Assembly: GCA_016869015.1 (NCBI GenBank)
Contig: VGFB01000001.1
Location: 1 to 33,094, forward strand
Length of the DNA: 33,094 nt
Source of the DNA: Armatimonadota bacterium
GTDB taxonomy: Bacteria > Armatimonadota > Zipacnadia > Zipacnadales > VGFC01
Direction of reading: 5' to 3'
Of this stretch, positions 9,762-17,859 are shown one piece after another. The notes beneath the pieces are model-generated. The model worked only from the letters and a program-made list of their open reading frames with translations. It was not told the origin of the DNA and made no database searches. The position numbers were made by a program, and so were the translations under genes. Every line of letters begins with the position of its first letter. The first letter of the stretch is position 1.

Positions 9762-10349
9762 TCAGAGAGTGCGCCCGCACTTCGTGCAGTGCGAGAGCGG
9801 CGGGGGGGTGAGCCAGCCGCAGTGCTCGCACGACCGGTAACCGTGCTGCCGTTGCCACTTCTGCGCGCGGCGTTGGGCCAGGGCCGCCCCGAGGAAGCGC
9901 GCCCGAAGGCCCTCGTCGCCGATGCGTGCCGCCTCGGCCTCGACCGCTTGCACCTCGTCCGGAGGAAGCCGGATCGCCTCGAGCTCGCGGCGGGTCGGGC
10001 TCGCGCGTCGCGGCCGCGAGGCCTCGGCGGCCTCCTGCCCCCGGCGACGGCCCGTGGCGCTGGGGCGGATCTCCTTGATGTACTGACCCGCGAGCTCGGC
10101 GTTCAGCCGCCCAATGATCTCCACCCCGTCGAGGCTGAGCTGGTGCGCCAGCGCGGGGGAGTTGCACCAAACGTACATGATGCCCCGCGAGATGCCCGTC
10201 ACCTGGGTGCGCTCCGCATAGAAGGACCCGACGCACTCGCGCCAGACCAGCGCAGCCAGGCGCTCCTTCGCGCGGACGCGCGCCTCCCGTCGGGAGAGGA
10301 GGTCCTCCAGCGCGACGCTCAGCGGTGAGATGCGGCCAGCCCGGCGCAA
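9762..10349 (-). CDS. DUF721/DciA-family protein with a C-terminal zinc ribbon
   Basis: The 195-aa ORF lies immediately downstream of recF. LAALVWRECVGSFYAERTQVTGISRGIMYVWCNSPALAHQLSL...IIGRLN fits the DUF721 pattern. The C-terminal CEHCG...CTKCG is a CxxC-N-CxxC ribbon. It has a TTG start. Confidence 0.8.
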   Translation of the reverse strand: MRRAGRISPLSVALEDLLSRREARVRAKERLAALVWRECVGSFYAERTQVTGISRGIMYVWCNSPALAHQLSLDGVEIIGRLNAELAGQYIKEIRPSATGRRRGQEAAEASRPRRASPTRRELEAIRLPPDEVQAVEAEAARIGDEGLRARFLGAALAQRRAQKWQRQHGYRSCEHCGWLTPPPLSHCTKCGRTL

Positions 10350-10438
10350 CGGGTTCCTTCCCCCCTGCCCCCCTCCCTCAGAAGGGGGAACGGCGCGGAC
10401 GCGGCGTCGGGACTGGAGTCCCGGCCTACGAGACCCGG

Positions 10439-11572
10439 TCAGGCGATCTGGCCGTCGTGGACGCGATAGACCGCGGCGTCGCCTCTTCCCCTCAACGCCT
10501 CGGAGAGGTGGGTTGTCGTGATGATCAGCTGCGTGGCGTCCCCGGCCTGCTCAAGCACGCGGCCCGCGCGGCCCTCGTCCAGCTCGCTGAGGCAATCATC
10601 CAGCAAGACGATCGGCGTCTCGCCCAGGCGCTCGCGCGCGACCTCGGCCTCCGCCAGCCGCATCGCGAGAACGGCCGTCCGCTGCTGGCCCTGAGAGCCG
10701 AACCTGCGGAGCTCATTGCCCCCTACCTGCAGCGCGAAATCGTCCCGATGCGGACCGGTCATCGTCCGGCGGAGGGCGAGGTCCTGGGACCGCCGCGCCT
10801 CCAGCTTCTCGAGAAGGACTCCCTCGATCGCCGAGGCCTGGTCGGCGCCCTCCCGCCAGACGTTGGACTTGTACGCGATCTCCAGCGTCTCCGCGCCATC
10901 GGTCAGGTCCCGGTGGATACGCCCGGCCACTGCCGCCAGTTGCGCGACATACCGTGCGCGCGACAGGACGACCTGCGCCCCGTGCCGCGCGAGTTGCTGG
11001 TCCCACGAGGGCAACTGCTCACGCGATCCCTGGCCCTCGGCGATCAGCGAAAGGAGCTCGCCGCGCTGCCGCATCGCCCGCGTGTACTGCTGAATATCCG
11101 ACAGGTGCGCGGGCTGGATGCCCCCGATCGCCACGTTCAGGAAGCGCCGCCGCAGCGAGGGCTCCCCCTTCGCCAGCGCCAGGTCATCGGGGGAGAAGAC
11201 CACCACCGCGATCTCGCCGATCACGTCCCGCGGGCCCTTGACAGGCTGATCGTTCACCGCGAGCTGCTTCGCGGGCTGGCCAAGGAACTGGGCGGTCTCC
11301 GGCGCCGTCAGCACCATCCGCAGCGACACCGGCCCCCGCGCGCTCCGCCGGAACTCGCCCGCCGCGGTTCCCTGTTCCGCGCCCCAGCGGATCAGCTCCT
11401 CATCGCGGTTCGTCCGGTGCGACTTGGTCCGCGCCAGCGCACACACTGCCTCCAGCACGCTCGTCTTGCCCTGGGCGTTGTCTCCCACGATCACCGTCGT
11501 CTGCGCAGGAAACGTCAGGCGCGCCTGCGCGTACACACGGAAGTTGTCGAGGGCCAGGGAGATCAGCTGCAC
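10439..11572 (-). CDS. recF: DNA replication and repair protein RecF
   Basis: 377-aa ORF with Walker A GDNAQGKTS, the signature FGSQGQQRT and Walker B IVLLDD. It has a GTG start. Confidence 0.95.
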   Translation of the reverse strand: MQLISLALDNFRVYAQARLTFPAQTTVIVGDNAQGKTSVLEAVCALARTKSHRTNRDEELIRWGAEQGTAAGEFRRSARGPVSLRMVLTAPETAQFLGQPAKQLAVNDQPVKGPRDVIGEIAVVVFSPDDLALAKGEPSLRRRFLNVAIGGIQPAHLSDIQQYTRAMRQRGELLSLIAEGQGSREQLPSWDQQLARHGAQVVLSRARYVAQLAAVAGRIHRDLTDGAETLEIAYKSNVWREGADQASAIEGVLLEKLEARRSQDLALRRTMTGPHRDDFALQVGGNELRRFGSQGQQRTAVLAMRLAEAEVARERLGETPIVLLDDCLSELDEGRAGRVLEQAGDATQLIITTTHLSEALRGRGDAAVYRVHDGQIA

Positions 11573-11922
11573 GAGGCCATCTTACAACGCGGAGCCGCGG
11601 CAAGGCAACGGCGACGGCACAGCGACGTCCACCACGAAGACGCGAAGCTCGCGAAGAGGCACGAAGACGGCACGGCGAGGGAACCACGGGATGCCCGGAA
11701 CACGTGGGAGGTTGCCGCGACGGCGGGACGCCGCAATGCGCCAGGGCCAAGCCCTCCGCCAACTCGCGACTGCGGACGAAGAGGTCATCCAGTCAACCCT
11801 TTTCGGCGCAATTCCGACCTGCCGAGAAGCCCTATTTCCTGGGCTATCTTGCTGTCATGACAGCTTCGAAATAGTGCACAAACCGGCGTTGGCGGATTTA
11901 TGCTCAGCAATTCGCGGCGCTC

Positions 11923-12429
11923 TCAGACGCCCGGCCACCAGCCAATGTGCCGCTGCCACCGCACCTGGCCTCCGTGAGCATCGAGGGCTGTCAGCCATAC
12001 GACCCACGGCGACACAGGGCCTTCGACGGGCTCCTCGTACTCCCGTCCAGGGATCGCGAGGATCGAGTAGATGGCACCGTCGGCCAGCGCACCCGTCTCG
12101 AGGCAGCCCCGCGCCCGCCACACCTCCTCACCGGTGCGCAGGTCCAGCGCCCATAGCGGCCCCGCCTCCGGGCAGCCCCGACGCTGCGCTGATACGTACA
12201 CGCGTTCCTCGTCAGCCACGATGTAGCTGAACCCGATGGCGGTCGGTTCGCTCGGCCGGAACATCCGCTTCTGCCACGCCACGCGCAGGGGCGCGTCGAG
12301 GCGGTCGGCGCTCGTGCCCGTGTTCCGCGAGCCATGGCGGAACAGCGGCCACGTATCGGCGCGCACCCCGGCCCCAAGGCCCGCGACGCCCATCACGGCA
12401 ACCAACGGGTGCCACGTCCGCAGCTTCAT
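11923..12429 (-). CDS. Short exported PQQ-like beta-propeller repeat protein
   Basis: The 168-aa ORF has a signal-like N-terminus. WPLFRHGSRNTGTS and LDLRTGEEVW resemble PQQ-like/BamB-like propeller proteins. It is much shorter than a full propeller. Confidence 0.55.
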   Translation of the reverse strand: MKLRTWHPLVAVMGVAGLGAGVRADTWPLFRHGSRNTGTSADRLDAPLRVAWQKRMFRPSEPTAIGFSYIVADEERVYVSAQRRGCPEAGPLWALDLRTGEEVWRARGCLETGALADGAIYSILAIPGREYEEPVEGPVSPWVVWLTALDAHGGQVRWQRHIGWWPGV

Positions 12430-12465
12430 GCCTCGCCTCCTCTCTTCCGCCAGGCGCTCCCGCCG

Positions 12466-15105
12466 TCATTGCTCTGCCGTGCGGGCGCGCAGGAGGTCGG
12501 CGGCCTCCTTGTGGTTCGCCTCCTCCGCGAGGGCCAGCGGCGTGCGGTTGTCGTCGTCGGTGACGGCGTCCACGTCGGCGCCGAGGAGCAGGAGCCAGCG
12601 CACCATGGCGGTCTGGCCCGCCGCCGCCGCGGCGTGCAGGGGTGTGCTACCCGTACTGCCGCGTCCGTTGACCTTGGCGCCTTTCTCGAGCAGCAGCTCC
12701 GCGAGGTCTCGCTTCCCACTTCCCACGGCGGCCGCCAGGGGTGTGATGTAGGCCCCGGCCCCCTCGACATTGGCCCCGGCCTCCAGAAAGAGCCTCGCCA
12801 GGTGCATCCCGCGCTCCCGAGAGCAGGCGAGGAGCAGCGGGCTGGCCTGTTCGCTGATGTCGCCGGCCTCAACATCGGCCCCATGCTCGAGCAGTAGCTT
12901 ACAGACGGCCAGATGGCCTCCGATCACGGCGCAGGACAGGGGCGTCGCGCCGCTCCGCGCCGGCTCCCCAGGGCTGGCCCCCTTCTGCAGCAGGAGCCTC
13001 GCCACGGCGGTGTGTCCTGTCCCGGCCGCGCTGAGCAGCGCCGTGGCTCCGCCTTCGTCGCGGTAGTGAATGTCCGCGCCATGCTTGAGGAGTAGACGCA
13101 CCAGCTCTGCATCGCCGTTGGCCGCGGCGACCGGGAGAGCCTCGCCATGATGGGGGTCCTGCTTCCCCGCATCGGCCCCTCGCTCGAGCAACAATCGGGC
13201 GATCTGTCTATGCTTCCGCTGCACCGCATGGTACAACGGCCCCTCCGATCCCTTGGCCCCATCCGGACTCGCGCCCTCGTCGAGCAGGCGCCGCACTGCC
13301 TGCACGTCGCCGCGCAGGGCCGCCGTGTCCAGCGTGTCTCTCGCGCCATGCTCCAGTAGCACTTCGGCCGTCGCGTCGTCCCTCTCGTACACCGCGCGGC
13401 ACAGCGGCGTCCACCCGTGGCCTCCCGCCCGGTTGGGGTCGGCTCCATGCCCGAGGAGGAGTTCGGTCATCGCGGCGCCGTTGGCGGTCAGCACCGAGAT
13501 GAGCGAGGTCCGTCCGTCGCGCCCCACGGCGTTCGGGTCGGCCCCCTCGTCGAGGAGGAGATGAGCGAACTCCACCTGCCCGGCGAAGGCCGCCCGGTGC
13601 AGCGGTGTCTCGTCCTGGTCGCTGCGCCCGTTGACGTCCGCGCCGCGCTGGATGAGCAGCTCCCCGACCTCCAGGGCCCCCTCCGCTGCGGCGAAGTGCA
13701 GAGGAGTGTCTCCCCGATGGCCGGGGGAGTGTGCGTTGAGGTCCGCACCGTGATCGAGCAGCGCGCGCACGACGGTCACGTTCTGTGTAGCAACCGCGCC
13801 GTTCAGGGGCGAGTACACGAACCCCTTCTGGTTGGGGTCGGCCCCCAGCTCAAGCAGCAGACGTGCGAGCTCGGTGTGTCCCGACTGGATGGCGCGCGCC
13901 AACACGGTGTCTCCGGTACTGTCCTGAGCCTCGATGTCGGCTCCCGCCTCCAGCAGCAGCCTCATCACTCCCAGGTGCCCCAGCCGGGCTGCGATGTTGA
14001 GCGGCGTAGCGGCCTGGCCATCCCGGGCCATCGCGTCCGCCCCGGCCTCCAGCAACGCGGCGACCGCGTCGGCGTGCTTTCCGCCGACCGCAGCGAACAG
14101 GGGCGTCCGGAGAGCTTCGTCCCGGGCGTCCAGCAGCGCGCCGTTGGCCGCCAGGAGCCGGACCATGTCTGCGTGCCCGCGCCGGGCCGCCTCATGCAGC
14201 GCGGTCCCGTCCATCCCTCCGGCGACGTTAGCATCGGCGCCCAGCTCCAGCAGCAGCTTCGCGGCCTCGAGCTGCCCGGTCGCCGCGGCGCCGATCAGCG
14301 GGAGACAACCCGACGCCGTGCTCGCGACCGCCTGGGGGTCAGCCTCCGCGGCGGCGCGGATGCCGGCGCAGTCCCCGCGCATGGCGCACTCCAGCAGCGT
14401 CGGCTCGACGCCCTCACCTAGCAACAGACCGGCCGCCGCCTCCTGGCCGTACCACAGGGCGAGGCCCAGCGGCGACCAGCCTCCCTTGCCCCTGGCTCGC
14501 GGATCGGCGCCGGACTCCAACAGTAGACTCGCGACCTCCAGGTGCCCCTCAGCGGCGGCGCAAGCCAGCGGCGTGAGGCCCGTTGTGCTCCGGACCTCGA
14601 TGTCGCCCCCGTGGTCGAGGAGCAGACGTACCACTGGCGTCCGACCGTAGTCGGCAGCAATGTGCAGGGGCGTGCACCCATCCTCGTCCCGCGACTCGAC
14701 ATCCGCGCCCCGCGCGATGAGGAACGCGGTCACCTCGGCGTGCCCTTGGCCGGCCGCGAGGTGCAGAGGCGCCTGGTTCTCCTCGTTCCGGACATCAACC
14801 TCAGCGCCGGCCCGGACGAGCAACTCGGCGATGGGCACGCTTCCCGACAGCGCAGCCTCGTGCAGCGGGCTGCACGTGGTCATGTAGTGCCTCTCACTCG
14901 GATCATCGCCGGACTTGAGACGCCTCCGGGTCAGTGCCACATCCCCAGTCGTGGCCGCATCGAACAGGTCTGGCGCTCCATCGTCCTGGTACATCCACCA
15001 GCGCTCAAAGGCCACTGCCTCGCCGGACAGCGACAGGAGCAGCACCAGGACGGCCACGCCGACGGCAATCCGCGGACGACTCACATCCACCGTTCCCCCG
15101 GTCAT
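12466..15105 (-). CDS. Exported or membrane-anchored ankyrin-repeat array (about 25 repeats)
   Basis: The ORF extends to 15159. ATG at 15105 is preceded by GGAGGT at 5 nt and gives MTGGTVDVSRPRIAVGVAVLVLLLSLSGEAVA. After that there is an uninterrupted 33-aa periodicity with TPLH.AA..GH...V.LLL..GAD motifs. Confidence 0.9.
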   Translation of the reverse strand: MTGGTVDVSRPRIAVGVAVLVLLLSLSGEAVAFERWWMYQDDGAPDLFDAATTGDVALTRRRLKSGDDPSERHYMTTCSPLHEAALSGSVPIAELLVRAGAEVDVRNEENQAPLHLAAGQGHAEVTAFLIARGADVESRDEDGCTPLHIAADYGRTPVVRLLLDHGGDIEVRSTTGLTPLACAAAEGHLEVASLLLESGADPRARGKGGWSPLGLALWYGQEAAAGLLLGEGVEPTLLECAMRGDCAGIRAAAEADPQAVASTASGCLPLIGAAATGQLEAAKLLLELGADANVAGGMDGTALHEAARRGHADMVRLLAANGALLDARDEALRTPLFAAVGGKHADAVAALLEAGADAMARDGQAATPLNIAARLGHLGVMRLLLEAGADIEAQDSTGDTVLARAIQSGHTELARLLLELGADPNQKGFVYSPLNGAVATQNVTVVRALLDHGADLNAHSPGHRGDTPLHFAAAEGALEVGELLIQRGADVNGRSDQDETPLHRAAFAGQVEFAHLLLDEGADPNAVGRDGRTSLISVLTANGAAMTELLLGHGADPNRAGGHGWTPLCRAVYERDDATAEVLLEHGARDTLDTAALRGDVQAVRRLLDEGASPDGAKGSEGPLYHAVQRKHRQIARLLLERGADAGKQDPHHGEALPVAAANGDAELVRLLLKHGADIHYRDEGGATALLSAAGTGHTAVARLLLQKGASPGEPARSGATPLSCAVIGGHLAVCKLLLEHGADVEAGDISEQASPLLLACSRERGMHLARLFLEAGANVEGAGAYITPLAAAVGSGKRDLAELLLEKGAKVNGRGSTGSTPLHAAAAAGQTAMVRWLLLLGADVDAVTDDDNRTPLALAEEANHKEAADLLRARTAEQ

Positions 15106-15228
15106 CACACACCTCCGAGCGCTCGGCGGCGACGTTGTTTGCGCTCTGTCAGGCAACACCGATTGCCTTGTTGGAGGGATTGCAGCCCCGAACAGTCCAG
15201 GCCCAAGCCCCTCCCCGAACGCCTCGCC

Positions 15229-16866
15229 TCAGTACTGCGGCCCCGCTTCCAGGCCACTGTACCGGTCCCGGCCACCATGCCGGCGCAGGAAACGAGCCGT
15301 CTCCCGATGCCCTCCATCGAGGGCAAGGGTGAGAGGTGTGTCCCCCCACCGGAGCGCGTTGACCTCAGCGCCGTGCTCCAGCAGGAGGCTCACCATGGCC
15401 GTGTGCCCTTTGCCTGCCGCGTCATGGAGGGGGCGGGTGTCCAGCTGGTCGAGGGCGTTGGGATCTGCACCGTGTTGCAGCAACACCCGAGCGACTCCCA
15501 CCCGGCCCTGCTGCGCCGCCGCATGGAGGGGGGTGCCCCAGTCGTCTCCGGTCACGGGCGCCCCATGCTGAAGCAGGAGCGTGGCGACCTCGACATGGCC
15601 GCGGTACGCGGCCTCGTCGAGCGGATGGACGCCCTCACCGCTGATCGCCGCGCCCTGGCTGATGAGGAACCGTGCCACCTGCAACCGGCCCTCCCCGGCC
15701 GCGAGCTCCAGCGGCAGCCGGTACCCGCCGGCGCGGTCGTTCACGTCGGCCCCGTAGCGGACCAGCAGTTGCGCCAGACGCAGGTTGCCGGCCTTGGCGG
15801 CAGCCGACAGCGGCGGGTCATGGTCCTCCAGCCGAGAGGGCTCAATCCGCGCGCCGGCCTCCAGCAGAAGCGCCGCGACCCGAACCGCGCCCCGCTGGGC
15901 CGCGACGCATAGGGGAGAAGGCCCGAAGTCCTCCGCCTCTCGGTTGGGGTTCGCGCCGTACTGCAGCACGAGCCTCACGAGGTCGACTCGCCTGCTGACA
16001 ACCGCCCAGTGCAGGAGGGAGGTGTCCCCGGGCTTCCGGACATTGGCGTCCTCGCCCCTGCGAAGGGCCTGCCGCACTTCCTCGATGTCGCCGAGGGCAG
16101 CCGCGGCATGGACGGAGTAGTCGGCGCCGTTCTCCCGCAGCGAGCTCACCATCGCTGAGCGGCCATTCCACGCCGCGTGCTCCAGAGGAGTCAGCCCGCG
16201 ATTGTGCGCCCCCTCGACGGGCGCCCCATGGTCGAGCAGGACGCGAACCACGTCGGCGTGCCCATTCTCGGCGGCGATATGGATGGCCTCAAGATCGCGG
16301 CCCGCCCGAAGATCGCGCAGCGAGTTGACCGCAGCCCCATGGCGCAGCAGCACCTCGGCAACCTCCGCGTACCCGCCCTCGGCGGCCGCGGTGATCGCGT
16401 TGCGGCCGTAGGTGTCTCCACCATTGGGGTCGGCCCCATGCGCCAGCAGGAGGCGAGCCATCTCCGTGTGTCCGCCGAGCGCCGCGTCGTACAGCGGGCT
16501 CCGCCACCAGCCCCGGCCTCTATCGGCCTTCGCGCCATGCTCAAGCAACAACCGCCCCATGCGCAGATCGCCGCGGTAGGCCGCGATACAAAGAGCCGTC
16601 TGGTCCGATCCCCCGCCTTCGTCCGGCGGAGCGCCGTGCTCAAGCAGGAGCCGGGCCACCGCAATGCGCCCAAGGCTTACCGCCTCGTGCAGAGGGGACG
16701 GCGGACCGGGCCGGTCCTCAAAGTAGGCAGGCCCACCGGCCTCCAACAGGGCGCGCACGTCGGCCACGCTGCCCATGCGGATGGCGCGATAGATCGGGTA
16801 CGGCGCCGCACTCGACGCTGCCGGGAACACGGACAGCAGGAAGACCAGCGGTCTCGTACAGGTCAT
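15229..16866 (-). CDS. Exported ankyrin-repeat array (about 15 repeats)
   Basis: The ORF extends to 16887 (TTG). ATG at 16866 follows GGAGGGTGGAG and gives MTCTRPLVFLLSVFPAASSAAP, a signal peptide. ANK repeats run throughout. Confidence 0.9.
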   Translation of the reverse strand: MTCTRPLVFLLSVFPAASSAAPYPIYRAIRMGSVADVRALLEAGGPAYFEDRPGPPSPLHEAVSLGRIAVARLLLEHGAPPDEGGGSDQTALCIAAYRGDLRMGRLLLEHGAKADRGRGWWRSPLYDAALGGHTEMARLLLAHGADPNGGDTYGRNAITAAAEGGYAEVAEVLLRHGAAVNSLRDLRAGRDLEAIHIAAENGHADVVRVLLDHGAPVEGAHNRGLTPLEHAAWNGRSAMVSSLRENGADYSVHAAAALGDIEEVRQALRRGEDANVRKPGDTSLLHWAVVSRRVDLVRLVLQYGANPNREAEDFGPSPLCVAAQRGAVRVAALLLEAGARIEPSRLEDHDPPLSAAAKAGNLRLAQLLVRYGADVNDRAGGYRLPLELAAGEGRLQVARFLISQGAAISGEGVHPLDEAAYRGHVEVATLLLQHGAPVTGDDWGTPLHAAAQQGRVGVARVLLQHGADPNALDQLDTRPLHDAAGKGHTAMVSLLLEHGAEVNALRWGDTPLTLALDGGHRETARFLRRHGGRDRYSGLEAGPQY

Positions 16867-16908
16867 CGCTCCACCCTCCACCGGCAACCAACGTCGCCGG
16901 CTCTCCTA

Positions 16909-17859
16909 CTACCTCAAGAACCCCGGCAGTTGCGGCCTGTCGCTCAGAGCTAGCCCCCAGACATGGAGACCGAACTCGGCGGTCCAGGGCTCGTTGGCGG
17001 TGAAGTCCCGGACGCCGGGGCCGCTGAGCCAGGCGAGGAAGACGCCCGTGGCGCCCTGGCCGCTCTCGTGCATGAAGACGTTGGTGAGCGGCGGACCGCC
17101 CTGGAAGCCGGACCACGCCAGGATCCCGCCGTCGGGGAGCAGCACGCCCATCCACGGGTCGTTCGGGTCGAGGGGCTCGAGCGACGACTGATAGGTGCGG
17201 GTGCTGATGGAGCCGGCGGGCTGGAAGATGACCCCCTCGGCGGACTTCGCGAACCACTCCGCGTAGCGCGGCACGCCGATGAGGTAGCTGAAGAACCCGC
17301 TGGGCGCCTCGACCGTGAAGTTGGGCGTCGCGCTGAACTGGATGTGAATGGTCGGCGACGCGTCGAAGGCGTAGCTGAACGCATACTCGATGCGCCGTTG
17401 CGGATCGGCGAGCTCGCCCTCGCCGCGCAAGACGCCGCGACTGGATACGGTGACGCGCTCGCCGTCGCGGGTCAGCTCAACCGCCGCATTGGTCTCCCCG
17501 TCACTACCGACCATGTGGGGCTCGGGGTAGAGGCCATGGTCGCTGTAGAGCCGGTCTGCGCCGAGGAGCTCCGTACCGTCGGGCAGCGCCACGCCGAAGA
17601 GCGTTCCCGAGGCGCGCTGGAGAGTGGCGCGGTAGTGCGCGTTCGCGATGACGAGGCGCTCGGGGGAGTCGTCCACCGTGGGCGGCTGGGCGAACGCCGG
17701 GTGGGCGAGGGTGAGGAGGGCTGCGGCCACGACGCGGGCGCGATGAATCGCGCCCCTACATGCGGGCCCCGCACACACGCCTCCGGGGTAGGGGCGCGAT
17801 TCGTCGCGCCCGCCCATGTAGGGGCGCCATTCATGGCGCCCAACAGTTAGGCTCCTCAT
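16909..17859 (-). CDS. Secreted hypothetical protein sharing a module with the C-terminal half of the upstream GH13-like gene
   Basis: The ORF track extends to 18306, but that part overlaps the upstream gene. ATG at 17859 forms an ATGA overlap with the upstream stop. The signal-like segment RVVAAALLTLAHPAFAQ begins about 40 residues in, after the translated REP hairpins, so the true start is uncertain (17859, 17817 or later). Confidence 0.65.
   Translation of the reverse strand: MRSLTVGRHEWRPYMGGRDESRPYPGGVCAGPACRGAIHRARVVAAALLTLAHPAFAQPPTVDDSPERLVIANAHYRATLQRASGTLFGVALPDGTELLGADRLYSDHGLYPEPHMVGSDGETNAAVELTRDGERVTVSSRGVLRGEGELADPQRRIEYAFSYAFDASPTIHIQFSATPNFTVEAPSGFFSYLIGVPRYAEWFAKSAEGVIFQPAGSISTRTYQSSLEPLDPNDPWMGVLLPDGGILAWSGFQGGPPLTNVFMHESGQGATGVFLAWLSGPGVRDFTANEPWTAEFGLHVWGLALSDRPQLPGFLR
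17736..17841. repeat. Three REP elements with GTAG heads (one inverted, two direct)
   Basis: GGGCGCGAT-GA-ATCGCGCCC followed by CTAC (17736-17759). GTAG followed by GGGCGCGA-TTCG-TCGCGCCC (17788-17811). GTAG followed by GGGCGCCAT-TC-ATGGCGCCC (17818-17841). Confidence 0.8.

Noticed and set aside
11851-11864. GCTGTCATGACAGC as a LexA (SOS) box upstream of recF.
   Set aside because: It reads CTGT-N4-ACAG, not the CTGT-N8-ACAG spacing of the classical box. I cannot match it to another known LexA motif from memory. It is kept only as a low-interest palindrome.
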